In this document: positions 27,201 to 38,331 of the stretch, in pieces
Numbering within the stretch: the first letter of the stretch is position 1
How the letters are laid out: each line of letters begins with the position of its first letter
Source: Myxococcota bacterium
GTDB taxonomy: Bacteria; Myxococcota_A; UBA796; UBA2385
NCBI GenBank assembly: GCA_044344255.1
Contig: JBIJDH010000021.1
Span: forward strand, 32,001 to 96,000
Reading direction: 5' to 3'
Length of the DNA: 64,000 bases
Notes under the pieces: generated by a model
Told to the model about the DNA's origin: nothing
What the model saw: only the letters and a program-made list of their open reading frames with translations
The model's database searches: none
Position numbers and translations under genes: made by a program

Positions 27201-30200
27201 TCGAGCGACGCCGATGGCGCCCTCGGCACGAGCGAGGTCGACAGCGAGGGGCGGACCGTCTTCCGCACCGCGGAGCTGTCGGTCGGCGCCCACCTCCTCA
27301 CGTTGACCGGCACCGACGAGGTCGGCGCGACCTGCACCGACAGCCTCACCTTCCTCGTCGGCACCCCGCCGGAGGTGATCATCACCCTGCCGCTCCCCGG
27401 CGCCGAGGAGAGCGAGTCGGCGATCGTCCCCTTCGAGGCGATGGTCGACGACGACACGACGCCGCCGGAGGCCCTCGACATCGTCTGGGAGAGCGACATC
27501 GACGGCGTGATCGACGAGACCGCAGCGGACAGCTCCGGCTTCGTCTCTTGGGACACCGAGTCGCTGAGCGTGGGGGACCACCTCATCACCGTCACCGTCA
27601 CCGACAGCGATGGCTTCTCCACGGTCGAGACAGTCGAGCTCCGCATCGACGGCGCGCCCTCCGCCCCGGCGGTGGACATCGAGCCCTCTGATCCCGCCGA
27701 TGAGGACGACCTCGTCGCCGCGATCATCACCGACTCCGTGGACCCCGAGGGGGACCCCGTCTCCTACACCTGGGCCTGGACGGTGAACGGAGCCAGCGCA
27801 CCGTACACCGGTGACACCGTCCCGGCCTCCGCCACCACCCGCGGCGAGGTCTGGGCCGTCTCGGTCACCCCGAATGACGGCTACGGCGACGGCGCCGCGG
27901 GCACCGCCAGCGTGAACATCGCCAACACGGCGCCCGTGCTCGCGAGCCTGACCCTCTCCCCCGATCCCGCCGTGGAGGGCGACGTGCTCGCCTGTACGGA
28001 GGGCAGCACCTCCGACGCCGACAGCGACATCGTCACCACCACCACGACCTGGTGGGTGGACGGGATCCAGGTCGCAGCCAGCGGGGACACGCTCGGCGAC
28101 ACCTGGTGGGCGAGCGGCGACACGGTCTATTGTGAGGCCACGCCGAATGACGGCTACGTAGACGGCGCCACGCTCCGCTCGAACACGGTGACCATCGGCA
28201 ACACGGCCCCCCTGGCCACCGCCGCCGACATCAGCCCGGACCCCGCCTACGCCGACGACGCGCTGGTCTGCGGCCTGTCGGGCTACTTCGACGCCGACGG
28301 AGATCCCGACCTCTCCACCTATGAGTGGACCGTGAACGGCGCGGTGGTGGGCACCAGCGACACGCTGGCCGCTGGCTTCATCGGCGGCGACCTCGTCGTC
28401 TGCGCCGTCACCCCCTTCGACGGGCTGACCGCGGGGGCCACGGTCTCCGCCAGCCTCACCGTCTCGAACACGCCGCCGGTGCTGGCGAGCGCCGCGCTCA
28501 CCCCCACCTCGGCGGGCTCCACCGACACCCTGACCTGCACCCCCGGCGCCACCTCCGACCTCGACGGGACCAGCACCTTCTCCTATGGGTACGGCTGGAC
28601 CGTCAACGGCGCGGCCCTCGGCGCGACCACGAGCACCCTGTCGCCGAGTGACTTCGACTCCGGCGACAGCGTACGCTGCTATGTGACGCCGAATGACGGT
28701 GTGGACGACGGCGCCGCCGTGGCCTCGAACGCGGTCACGATCAGCAACGCCGCGCCGGTGGTGTCGGCGGCCGCGATCAGCCCGAGCGCGCCCGACACCG
28801 ACGACACGCTCACCGCCAGCGCCACCGCCGCCGACGCCGACGGCGACACCATCACCCTCTCTTACGCCTGGTCGGTCAACGGCCTCGGGGTGGCCGCGAC
28901 GGGCTCCACCCTCGCCGGCTCCTGGTTCAGCAAGGGGGACAGCGTCTCGGTGAGCGTCACCCCCTCGGACGCCTTCGGTGCGGGGGCGGCCTTTGCCTCG
29001 AGCGCGGTCACGGTGGTGAATTCGGCGCCGAGCCTCACCGGGGCGGCGATCAGCCCCTCGTCGGCCACCGTCTCCGACCCCCTCTCCTGCGCGGGCACGG
29101 GCTACTCCGACCTCGATGGGGACAGCGATCTCAGCACCTACGTCTGGTCTATCGGCGGCGTGACGGTGGGCACCGGCAGCGCGCTCAGCGCCGGCTACGC
29201 CGAAGGGGACGTGGTCACCTGCACGGTCACCCCGAATGACGGCGCGGCCGCGGGCGCCCCGCAGTCCACCGCGGTCACCATCGGCGGCTCCGCCCCGGTG
29301 CTGTCGGGGGTGACCCTCACCCCGAGCACCGCCTACGAGGCCGACACGCTCACCTGCACGCCGGGCGCCACGACCGACCCCGACGGCACGACGAGCTTCA
29401 CCTACACCACCGCCTGGTACGTGGGCGGGAGCCTCATCGCCCCCACGAGCACGACCCTGACGGGGGCCTCCTTCTCGCGCGGAGACGCCGTGTTCTGCCG
29501 CGTGACGCCGAGCGACGGCACCTCGTTCGGGGCGGCGGTGGCCTCGGGCTCGGTCACGATCTCGAACACCGCGCCGGGGATGGCCTCGGTCAGCCTGTCG
29601 CCCGCGACGGTCTACACGAACGACACCCTCACCGCGACCGTGTCGGCCTCAGACGCGGACAGCGACACGCTGAGCTACACCTATCTGTGGAAGGTGAACG
29701 GGAGCACCGTGGCCGCGACCGGCTCCACCCTCTCTGGGGTGAGCTGGTTCGTCCGGGGAGACAGCGTCACCGTCACCGTGACCCCCTCCGACGGCACGGT
29801 CAGCGGCGCGGCGATGACCTCATCGGCCAAGACGGTCTCCAACAGCGCCCCCACCGCCACGACCGCGGTCATCCTCCCCGACCCGGCGACGACCTCCGAC
29901 GCCCTCACCTGCGCGCTGACCGACTACGCCGATGTGGACGGGGACAGCGCCGCCACCACCTATGTCTGGCGCGTGAACGGGACCTCGGTGGGCACGGGCG
30001 CCTCCCTGTCCACGGGCTACCGCGGCGGAGACGTCGTCTCCTGCACCGCCACGCCGAACGACGGCACCACCGCCGGCGCGGCGGTCTCCGACAGCCTCAC
30101 GATCACCAACACCGCCCCGGTGCTGGCGGGGGCCTCGCTCACGCCGACCACCGCCACCGAGGCGAGCACGCTCACCTGCACGCCGGGCGCGACGACGGAC

Positions 30201-33200
30201 GCCGACGGCACCACCGCTTTCACCTACGCCTATGCCTGGCGGGTCAACGGCAGCACGGTGGCCGCCACCGCCTCGACGCTCACCAGCAGCTACTTCTCAT
30301 CGGGTGACTCCGTCGCCTGCCTCGTCACGCCCCACGACGGGACGAGCCTCGGGGCCGCCGTCCTGTCCAACACCGTGACGATCGCCAACACCGCGCCGGT
30401 GATGGTCGCGGTGAGCCTGTCGCCCTCGACCGCCTACACGAATGACACCCTCACCGCCCTGGCCTCGGCCTCGGACGCCGAGGGTGACACCGTCGCCTTC
30501 ACCTACGTCTGGAAGGTCAACGGCAGCACGGTGGCGGCCACCGGCGCGACCCTCTCGGGCGCCACCTGGTTCAACAAGGGGGACAGCGTCACCGTGACCG
30601 CCACCCCCACCGACGGGGTCGACAGCGGCGCGGCGATGACCTCGTCGGCGCGCACGATCTCGAACAGCGCCCCCTCCGCCACCGCGGCCACCATCACGCC
30701 CGACCCCGCGACGGCGACCGATACGCTCTCCTGCGCGCTCGTGGGCTACAGCGACGCCGACGGCGACGCGGCCGCGACCACCTACGTCTGGAAGGTGGGC
30801 AGCACGACGGTGGGCACGGGCTCCACCCTGTCCACCGGCTTCACCGCCGGCAGCACGGTGACCTGCACCGCCACCCCGAACGACGGCAGCACCACCGGCG
30901 CCGCGGTCAGCGACTCCCTCACCGTCGGGAACACAGCGCCGGTGCTCACGAGCGTCTCCCTCAGCCCGACGACGGCCTATGAGGCGAACACGCTCACCTG
31001 CACGCCCGGGACGACGACCGACGCCGACGGCACGACGAGCTTCACCTACACCTATGCCTGGCGGGTCAACGGCTCCGCGGTGGCCGCCACGTCGAGCACG
31101 CTGACGGGCAGCTCCTTCTCGAAGGGGGACACGGTCTATTGCCTGGCCACCCCCTCGGACGGCACCGACAGCGGCGCCGCGGTGGCCTCGAACACGGTCA
31201 CGATCAGCAACACGGCGCCGGTCCTCTCGAGCGTGACGCTGACCCCGTCCACCCCGACCCTCTCCTCCACCCTCACCTGCACGCCGGGCACGACCACCGA
31301 CGCCGACGGCACCTCGAGCTTCACCTACACCTACGCCTGGTCGGTGAACGGCTCGACCATCGCCCCGACCACCAGCACGCTCACCAGCGCCTCCTTCTCG
31401 ATCGGTCAGTCGGTGAGCTGCTCGGCGACCCCGAACGACGGCACCAGCGCCGGCGCGGCGGTGGCCTCGAACACGGTGACGATCAGCAACACGGCGCCGG
31501 TCCTGTCGAGCGTGTCCTTGACGCCGACCACGGCCTATGAGGCGAACACGCTCACCTGCACGCCGGGCTCCACCACCGACGCCGACGGGACGACCAGCTT
31601 CACCTACACCTACGCCTGGACCGTGAACGGCGCCTCGATCGCCCCGACGACGAGCACCCTGACGGGCACGTACTTCTCGGTGGGTCAGGCGGTGGTCTGC
31701 CTCGCGACGCCGAATGACGGCACGAGCTCAGGCCTGGCGGTGGCCTCGAACACGGTGACGATCAGCAACACGGCGCCGGTCCTGTCGAGCGTGACGTTGA
31801 CGCCGACCACGGCCTATGAGGCGAGCACGCTCACCTGCACGCCGGGCTCCACCACCGACGCCGACGGCACGACGAGCTTCTCCTACACCTACACCTGGAA
31901 GGTGAACGGCTCGACGATCGCCCCGACGACGAGCACCCTGACGGGCACGTACTTCTCGACCGGCAGCACGGTCGCCTGCACCGCCACGCCGAGCGACGGC
32001 ACCACCGCGGGCGCGGCGGCGACCTCGAACACGGTGACGATCTCCAACACCCCGCCGGTGGTGGCGAGCGCCTTGCTCACGCCGACCACGGCCTATGAGT
32101 CGGACACGCTCACCTGCACGCCGGGGACGACGACCGACGCCGACGGCACGACGAGCTTCACCTACACCTACGCCTGGACCGTGAACGGCGCCGCCATCGC
32201 GCCGACCTCGAGCACCCTCTCCGGCACCTACTTCTCGGTGGGTCAGGCCGTGGTCTGCGCGGTCACGGCCTCGGATGGCACCACGGCGGGCTCGGCCACC
32301 GCCTCGAACACGGTGACGATCTCCAATTCGGCCCCGGTCCTGTCGAGCGTGACCCTCTCGCCGACGACCGCCTATGAGGCAGACACGCTCACCTGCACCC
32401 CGGGGGCGACGACCGACGCCGACGGCACGACGAGCTTCACCTACAGCTATGTCTGGGTGGTCAACGGCTCCACCATCGCGCCGACCTCGAGCACGCTGTC
32501 GGGCACCTACTTCTCGGTCGGTCAGTCGGTCTATTGCCGGGCGACCCCGAGCGACGGCACGAGCGCCGGCGCCTCGGCGAGCTCGAACACGGTGACCATC
32601 TCGAACACGCCGCCGGTGCTGGCGAGCGTGTCGGTGTCGCCCTCGACGGCCTACGAGTCGAGCACGCTCACCTGCACGCCGGGCACCACGACCGACGCCG
32701 ACGGCACGACCAGCTTCACCTACTCCTACGCCTGGTACGTGAACGCGAGCCTGATCGCGCCCACCACGAGCACGCTGACCGGCACCTACTTCTCCAAGGG
32801 CAACACCGTCTACTGCAAGGCGACCCCGAACGACGGCACGAGCGCGGGCTCGGCGGCCACCGCCTCATCGGTGACGATCAGCAACACGGCGCCGGTGATG
32901 TCGAGCGCCTCGCTCACGCCCACCACCGCCTATGAGAGCTCAACCTTGACCTGCAGCCCCTCGGCCTCGGACGCCGACGGCGACACGGTCACCTACAGCT
33001 ACGCCTGGTACAAGAACAGCTCGCTCATCGCGGCCACCTCGGCGACCTTGACCGGCAGCTCCTTCTCGAAGGGGGACACGGTCTACTGCCGGGTGACCCC
33101 GACCGACGGGACGACGGCGGGCAGCGCCTCCTCGTCGAGCACGGTGACGATCAGCAACACCGCCCCCACTGCCCCCGTGATCGCCATCGACCCGACGAGC

Positions 33201-33941
33201 CCGGAGGCGAGCGTCGATGATCTGTTCTGTGACCTCAACACGGCCTCGACGGACGCCGATGGGGACACGATCACCTACACCTTCACCTGGACGAAGAACG
33301 GCACCGCGGTCGCCTCTTCGGTGCCCTACAACAGCCTCTACATCGATGACGCCGTCTACTCGACCTCGCTCACGTCGGGTGAGGTCTGGATCTGCAAGGT
33401 GACCGCCTCGGACGGGACAGCCTCGTCGAGCACGGTGAGCTCGAGCTCGGTGACCGTGCTCAGCGCGTCCTACACGATCGGCTACTACACGGTCTTCACG
33501 ACGCCGGGCACGGGCTCCGCGGCGGGCGGCTACAGCCTGGGCCACACGATCACGGTCTCCAGCACGGTGAGCCTCTATCAGCTCGGGGAGCGCCTTCGTC
33601 TCGCCGACTCGGACTCGATCCGACTGGCGCTCTATACCAATTCGGGAGGCCAGCCCGGCACCCTCGTCGCCTATACAGCCCTCACCTCACTCAGCAGCTA
33701 CGCTGCAGGTTCAGCGGTGGACCTGGACGTGGTCGGCGGCCCGATCACGGTCACGGCAGGGACCTACTGGCTCATGCATAACCTCAGCGGCACCGCCTAC
33801 ATGGGCTACACGACGACGGGGGCCAGCGGGAACACCATCTACTACAACGCCCTGAGCTCCTCCTCGGCCTTCCCCACCTCCTGGGGTAGTGGTTCGACCT
33901 ACACCGGTCAGTTCATGAATACGTATATGGTTGTCCGGTAG
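27201..33941 (+). CDS. Continuation of giant Ig-like repeat adhesin/surface protein (~21 repeats of ~88 aa)
   Basis: Repeated N(T/S)AP...LTC...D(A)DG...Y.W.VNG...C..TP.DG units; frame open from 27201. Confidence 0.85.
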   Translation, partial: SSDADGALGTSEVDSEGRTVFRTAELSVGAHLLTLTGTDEVGATCTDSLTFLVGTPPEVIITLPLPGAEESESAIVPFEAMVDDDTTPPEALDIVWESDIDGVIDETAADSSGFVSWDTESLSVGDHLITVTVTDSDGFSTVETVELRIDGAPSAPAVDIEPSDPADEDDLVAAIITDSVDPEGDPVSYTWAWTVNGASAPYTGDTVPASATTRGEVWAVSVTPNDGYGDGAAGTASVNIANTAPVLASLTLSPDPAVEGDVLACTEGSTSDADSDIVTTTTTWWVDGIQVAASGDTLGDTWWASGDTVYCEATPNDGYVDGATLRSNTVTIGNTAPLATAADISPDPAYADDALVCGLSGYFDADGDPDLSTYEWTVNGAVVGTSDTLAAGFIGGDLVVCAVTPFDGLTAGATVSASLTVSNTPPVLASAALTPTSAGSTDTLTCTPGATSDLDGTSTFSYGYGWTVNGAALGATTSTLSPSDFDSGDSVRCYVTPNDGVDDGAAVASNAVTISNAAPVVSAAAISPSAPDTDDTLTASATAADADGDTITLSYAWSVNGLGVAATGSTLAGSWFSKGDSVSVSVTPSDAFGAGAAFASSAVTVVNSAPSLTGAAISPSSATVSDPLSCAGTGYSDLDGDSDLSTYVWSIGGVTVGTGSALSAGYAEGDVVTCTVTPNDGAAAGAPQSTAVTIGGSAPVLSGVTLTPSTAYEADTLTCTPGATTDPDGTTSFTYTTAWYVGGSLIAPTSTTLTGASFSRGDAVFCRVTPSDGTSFGAAVASGSVTISNTAPGMASVSLSPATVYTNDTLTATVSASDADSDTLSYTYLWKVNGSTVAATGSTLSGVSWFVRGDSVTVTVTPSDGTVSGAAMTSSAKTVSNSAPTATTAVILPDPATTSDALTCALTDYADVDGDSAATTYVWRVNGTSVGTGASLSTGYRGGDVVSCTATPNDGTTAGAAVSDSLTITNTAPVLAGASLTPTTATEASTLTCTPGATTDADGTTAFTYAYAWRVNGSTVAATASTLTSSYFSSGDSVACLVTPHDGTSLGAAVLSNTVTIANTAPVMVAVSLSPSTAYTNDTLTALASASDAEGDTVAFTYVWKVNGSTVAATGATLSGATWFNKGDSVTVTATPTDGVDSGAAMTSSARTISNSAPSATAATITPDPATATDTLSCALVGYSDADGDAAATTYVWKVGSTTVGTGSTLSTGFTAGSTVTCTATPNDGSTTGAAVSDSLTVGNTAPVLTSVSLSPTTAYEANTLTCTPGTTTDADGTTSFTYTYAWRVNGSAVAATSSTLTGSSFSKGDTVYCLATPSDGTDSGAAVASNTVTISNTAPVLSSVTLTPSTPTLSSTLTCTPGTTTDADGTSSFTYTYAWSVNGSTIAPTTSTLTSASFSIGQSVSCSATPNDGTSAGAAVASNTVTISNTAPVLSSVSLTPTTAYEANTLTCTPGSTTDADGTTSFTYTYAWTVNGASIAPTTSTLTGTYFSVGQAVVCLATPNDGTSSGLAVASNTVTISNTAPVLSSVTLTPTTAYEASTLTCTPGSTTDADGTTSFSYTYTWKVNGSTIAPTTSTLTGTYFSTGSTVACTATPSDGTTAGAAATSNTVTISNTPPVVASALLTPTTAYESDTLTCTPGTTTDADGTTSFTYTYAWTVNGAAIAPTSSTLSGTYFSVGQAVVCAVTASDGTTAGSATASNTVTISNSAPVLSSVTLSPTTAYEADTLTCTPGATTDADGTTSFTYSYVWVVNGSTIAPTSSTLSGTYFSVGQSVYCRATPSDGTSAGASASSNTVTISNTPPVLASVSVSPSTAYESSTLTCTPGTTTDADGTTSFTYSYAWYVNASLIAPTTSTLTGTYFSKGNTVYCKATPNDGTSAGSAATASSVTISNTAPVMSSASLTPTTAYESSTLTCSPSASDADGDTVTYSYAWYKNSSLIAATSATLTGSSFSKGDTVYCRVTPTDGTTAGSASSSSTVTISNTAPTAPVIAIDPTSPEASVDDLFCDLNTASTDADGDTITYTFTWTKNGTAVASSVPYNSLYIDDAVYSTSLTSGEVWICKVTASDGTASSSTVSSSSVTVLSASYTIGYYTVFTTPGTGSAAGGYSLGHTITVSSTVSLYQLGERLRLADSDSIRLALYTNSGGQPGTLVAYTALTSLSSYAAGSAVDLDVVGGPITVTAGTYWLMHNLSGTAYMGYTTTGASGNTIYYNALSSSSAFPTSWGSGSTYTGQFMNTYMVVR

Positions 33942-36900
33942 GGTCGGTGAGGTTGAGGCGGACGGCGGGGTCTCCGAGCACGATGTAGTTGCGCAGGTCC
34001 ACCGAGGCGACCCTCAGGCGCTCGGCTTCGGCGATGAGGGCCTCGAGCTCGACCGCCTCCAGGCCGGCGGTGCGGGCGCGGTGAACGGCCTGCTCGGCGT
34101 CTTGGAGCTCGCTCGAGAGGTGGAGGCGTTGGCGGGTGAGGGCGTCTACCGCCGTGCCGAGGCGGTGGCCTCCGGCGAGCTTCTGCAGCATCTCGCTCCA
34201 CACCTGGGGTAACCAAGGGCGCGCGCCGTCCACGAGCACGGTCCAGGCGACATCGACCTTCCCCACCACCGCGAGGGCGCCCCCCGCCGGGAGCGAGAGC
34301 AGGCGCTGGGACAGCGGGGACAGGAGGGGGAGCGGGATCGGCGCGCGGTGCCCCGCGGCGAATTCCGGGAGGGTGGTGAAGTCGAATTCGGGCTCCGCCG
34401 GCGTGCCTGCGGTGTGGTCACCGAGCAGGAAGACGATGGAGCCGCTGAGCGAGGCCTCGGGGAGGAGGTCGGCCTCGCAGAAGCGGCGGCCCGGGCGGAG
34501 GGTGAGGTCTCCGCGGTGGCCCGGGCCCTGGTGGTCGGCGTCCCCGGCGGCTGGACCTGCGTAGAGGAAGAGGGCGGGGGTCTCGGCGCCGCCCAGCGCG
34601 GCGGTGAGCTGCCGGTCGCCCGCGCCGCCGGGGGCGGCGGCCGGCTGCTCCACCCGCCAGTCGGGGTGCTCGGCCAGGAAGGACCGCCCGACGGGGTTGA
34701 GGAGGCGGCTGTGGAGGGCCTCACGGAGGAGCTCAGGCTCCGCCGGGCCGGTGAGGGTGAGGTGGCGGGCGCGGAGGCCCGGCACCCGCTCGGCGGTGGC
34801 GACGGACTGGGCGTAGTGTGCGTAGTCCACCACCTCGTCGAAGCAGATGCGCCCGACCGCGAAGAGGCGATCGAGGGCGAACTGGATCTCGAAGGGGATC
34901 TCTTCGGGAGAGCCCACCAGGAGCAGGTAGTGGGGGAGGTGGGGCGGGCGACGCATCCCGGGCACGATGGACAAGCGGCGGAGCAGGGCCTCCGGGCTCT
35001 CCCCCTGGTATCCGTCCTCGCCCGTGAACAGTCGGACCCGTCCGCGCGCGTCGTCTCGCCTGTGCTCAATCAGGGGGTGGAGCGCGCGGAGGATGGCCTC
35101 GTCGGCCCCCCGGACCGTCATCAGGCCCCAGCCCACCTCGGCGGGGGACTGCTGGGCGAGGAGCATGCTCCCCGCGCTGCCCGGTCGACGGGGCAGGGCG
35201 TCGCGACCGGCGGTGATGCGGTCCCAGTGGCGACGGGCGTCCCCGAGGGTGTTGTCGAGCTCGGGGAGGTTGCGGATGCTGCGGATGATCGGCCCGGCGC
35301 CGCCGAACTGGAAGAACTGGTGTTCGACGGGCGGGGAGTTGAAGGTGGCGTCGACCCCGCTCCGCTCATTGGCGCCGAGGGCGTGCATGAGGATGAAGGT
35401 GGAGCGGACCCCGTCTCGGAAGCGGCGGGCCCCCGGGGCGCGGGAGACCCGATCCGCCAGCCCTGCGGTGAAGCCCTCGGGGGCCTCGGGGCGCCGCGGC
35501 GTGGGCGGCGGCAGCGGGTTCGACGCGATGACCATGGCGGCCCGCTCCCGGAGGAGCACCTGATGCGGCACGATGTTGGCGATGCCCCCATCGACGAAGC
35601 GGCGCCCGAGCAGCTCGGCGGTGGACATGAAGATGGGGAAGGATCCGCTCGCCCGCACCGCCGACTGGATGCTGCCGCGGCGGAAGACATGCTCCTCCCC
35701 CGTCTCGACGTCGGTGGCCACCGGGAAGAAGAGGGTCTCCTGATCCTCCAGGAGGTAGGTGAGCTCGCCCTTGTAGGCGGAGCGCTGCAGCCCGAGGAGG
35801 CGGAGGGCCTTCTTCGGGCTCAGCCCGAGCGGGAGGTGTTGGACGTCTCCGCTGAGGAGGCGGTTGAGGTCATCAGGCTCCCCGAGCTCGCCGAGGAGGG
35901 GCAGGGTCAACGTGAGGAAGGCCGACAGGAGGCGCGTGGAGGCCATCGACGCGGAGGCTGAGACCCCGAAGACCGAGCCCAACCGACAGAGGGTGGCGAG
36001 GCCGTCGAGGCCGTTGACCGCATAGAAGGCCCCCACCACCGCGCCGAAGCTCGAGCCGCTCACGAGGTCGATGGGGATGCCCCGGCGGTGGAGCTCGGCG
36101 ATGAGGGCCACGTGCGCGTAGCCGAAGGCCCCGCCGCCTCCGAGCGCGATGCCCACTCGCCGATCGGTGACGGCGCGACCCCAGCGTCGGAGGCGCTCCT
36201 GGTCGGCGGGGTCGAGGGACGCCCCCTCTCCGATCGCCGCGAGCCGGGCGGCGGGGATGCGCAGCCGGACAACGCCGCCAGGGTCCTCCGTCCCTGCGGG
36301 GAGGCCGCGGCTCCGCGGCAGCAGGACGGTGGTGACGAGGCTGCAGTCGCTCGGGAGATCGAGGTCGTGCGCCTCGAGGACGCCCCGGGTGAGGTGCACC
36401 ACCTTCTCGGCCAGGGGCGCGAGGCAGCGGGCGGCCTCGGCGGCCCCCGGCTCGGGCACCAGCAGGACCAGCGCGTAGCGAGCGTTCCACCCGTCGAAGA
36501 GCCCGGAGAGCTTCGCCCGCAGGGCCAGGATCTGCTGTCTGTCCAGCGAGGCGAAGGGCGGCAGGCGGAGCCGGAGCCGGTGTTCGTCGGCCTCCGAGGC
36601 GCTGACCTCGATCGGCCCCGGTGAGAGGGCGAGCGCGACGGAGAGCACCCGGTCGTTGAACTCCGCGGCGATAGCGAGGGCGAGGTGGCGGCCCAGGGCG
36701 GGCAGCGCGCGCTCGATGGCGCGGTCGCGGCTGTAGAGGAGGCAGATCTCCGCGCCCCCGGCCCGATCGAAGAGGCCGGTGGCGGGGCCCGGCGGGATCA
36801 CCCGGCGGTTGGAGGAGCAGCAGTCGAGGAAGCTCTGGAAGTCCTCCCGGGTCACGCGCAGGAGCCAGGTGGCGACCCGCGCTTCGAGGGAGGCTGTGGC

Positions 36901-38331
36901 GCGTTGATCGGAGAAGAACTCGACGAGGCCGAGGGGGGCGCCGTCGGGCACGCGGCTCGGCAGGCGGTGCTCGGCGACGCGGGGCCAGGCCCAGAGCTCG
37001 CCGCGTAAGGGGACGAAGAACTCCCCCTCGGGGATGGAGAAGGCGGTGCTGGGCGGCACCTGGATGAGGGTGCCGAAGTCAGGCAGCCGCCGCAGGTCGT
37101 GGATCGGGATGTCGCGGAGCGTGGGCGCGGCGCGGAGGCCGAGGGCGACGCAGTCCCGGCTGCGGTCGAGCATCGCCGCCTCCATCGACACCCAGCCGAG
37201 GACCTGACGGAGGGTCCAGTCCCGCTCGGTGACCCGCACGCTCACCGCCTCGACGGCCGAGGTGGCGACGGCGGAGTGATAGCTGCGCACCACGTCGGGG
37301 TGTCGCGCCCGGGCCCGCTCTGAGATGAAGCTCGCCCCCCCGAAGGTGGTCCCTGCGCCGCGCTCTCCACCTCGGTCGGGGCCGCGCACGTCCTCGAGGC
37401 GCACATGGCCGCTGCGGATGAACCAGAGGCAGTCCTGGTGCTCCGGAGCCCCGAGGTCGATCTGCGCGCCTTGCGGGAGGGAGGTCGATCGAAGCTGCGC
37501 GTCGAGGGGGGAGCCCTCGATCAACAGGGTGGACAGACGGCGGCTGAGCAGCCGGTCTCCTTGCCCCACCCGGCCTCCGGGCGGCGCCGGGCAGCGTGCC
37601 AGGCCGCGGGTGATCGCCGCCCGCCGCAGCACGAGCAGGGTGGCGCTGGTGGGGGTGGTCCAGGTGCGGAGCGGCGGCGAGGGGTGAAAGAAGTCGGCCC
37701 CGTTGATGCACGTCCAGCGGTGGAGCTGGGGCCGCTCGGCCCGCTCTTGGAGCTCGCCGGAGATGAAGATCATCAGTGGATCGTCGGGGTCAGCGTCTCG
37801 CCCCCCGGAGGCCTCGTGCGCGCCCCAGTCCATGGTACGGAGCTCCGCCTCCCGGGTGAGCTCGAGGAGCCCCGTCCAGGACAGGCCCTCGAGGCCAGGG
37901 AGGGCTTGGAGCAGGCGGAGGACGCGGAGCGCGGTGACCTCGTGGATGAGGGCGTCTCTGGCGTCGATCGTGGCGTGCAGCAGCCGGGGATCGCAGCGCG
38001 CGGGATCGACCTGGAGCTGGACCAGGCGCGCCCCGCCGCTGCCGGCCCGCGCGAAGACCGCGACGCCCTGGAGCTCGGGCCAGCGCTGCCGGTCGAGGTC
38101 GGTGATGAGGCGGGTGCCGCCGATGATGCTGCCCGGGCCCCGCGCTCCGGGGATGGCCCCGCCGAAGGGCGCCCGAATGAAGACCTCGACCTCGCCCTCG
38201 AGGAGCAGCAGGGCGGGAGAGGGCTCCTTGAAGAACAGGAGCTCCTCGTGAGGGGCCGCGAGACGGTCCACTCGGGCGAGCTCGGGGAGCTCCTTCCACG
38301 ACAGGGGCCAGGACGACGAATCGACGTTCAT
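33913..38331 (-). CDS. cNMP-binding domains plus patatin phospholipase plus C-terminal C25/gingipain-like domain
   Basis: GGGGAFG, GSSFG, DGG patatin motifs; LLEGEVEV, IRSGHVRL, LRGELWA cNMP-like strands; YLLLVGSPEEIPF...VGRI...NYIVLGDPAVRL. Confidence 0.82.
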   Translation of the reverse strand: MNVDSSSWPLSWKELPELARVDRLAAPHEELLFFKEPSPALLLLEGEVEVFIRAPFGGAIPGARGPGSIIGGTRLITDLDRQRWPELQGVAVFARAGSGGARLVQLQVDPARCDPRLLHATIDARDALIHEVTALRVLRLLQALPGLEGLSWTGLLELTREAELRTMDWGAHEASGGRDADPDDPLMIFISGELQERAERPQLHRWTCINGADFFHPSPPLRTWTTPTSATLLVLRRAAITRGLARCPAPPGGRVGQGDRLLSRRLSTLLIEGSPLDAQLRSTSLPQGAQIDLGAPEHQDCLWFIRSGHVRLEDVRGPDRGGERGAGTTFGGASFISERARARHPDVVRSYHSAVATSAVEAVSVRVTERDWTLRQVLGWVSMEAAMLDRSRDCVALGLRAAPTLRDIPIHDLRRLPDFGTLIQVPPSTAFSIPEGEFFVPLRGELWAWPRVAEHRLPSRVPDGAPLGLVEFFSDQRATASLEARVATWLLRVTREDFQSFLDCCSSNRRVIPPGPATGLFDRAGGAEICLLYSRDRAIERALPALGRHLALAIAAEFNDRVLSVALALSPGPIEVSASEADEHRLRLRLPPFASLDRQQILALRAKLSGLFDGWNARYALVLLVPEPGAAEAARCLAPLAEKVVHLTRGVLEAHDLDLPSDCSLVTTVLLPRSRGLPAGTEDPGGVVRLRIPAARLAAIGEGASLDPADQERLRRWGRAVTDRRVGIALGGGGAFGYAHVALIAELHRRGIPIDLVSGSSFGAVVGAFYAVNGLDGLATLCRLGSVFGVSASASMASTRLLSAFLTLTLPLLGELGEPDDLNRLLSGDVQHLPLGLSPKKALRLLGLQRSAYKGELTYLLEDQETLFFPVATDVETGEEHVFRRGSIQSAVRASGSFPIFMSTAELLGRRFVDGGIANIVPHQVLLRERAAMVIASNPLPPPTPRRPEAPEGFTAGLADRVSRAPGARRFRDGVRSTFILMHALGANERSGVDATFNSPPVEHQFFQFGGAGPIIRSIRNLPELDNTLGDARRHWDRITAGRDALPRRPGSAGSMLLAQQSPAEVGWGLMTVRGADEAILRALHPLIEHRRDDARGRVRLFTGEDGYQGESPEALLRRLSIVPGMRRPPHLPHYLLLVGSPEEIPFEIQFALDRLFAVGRICFDEVVDYAHYAQSVATAERVPGLRARHLTLTGPAEPELLREALHSRLLNPVGRSFLAEHPDWRVEQPAAAPGGAGDRQLTAALGGAETPALFLYAGPAAGDADHQGPGHRGDLTLRPGRRFCEADLLPEASLSGSIVFLLGDHTAGTPAEPEFDFTTLPEFAAGHRAPIPLPLLSPLSQRLLSLPAGGALAVVGKVDVAWTVLVDGARPWLPQVWSEMLQKLAGGHRLGTAVDALTRQRLHLSSELQDAEQAVHRARTAGLEAVELEALIAEAERLRVASVDLRNYIVLGDPAVRLNLTDPTGQPYTYS

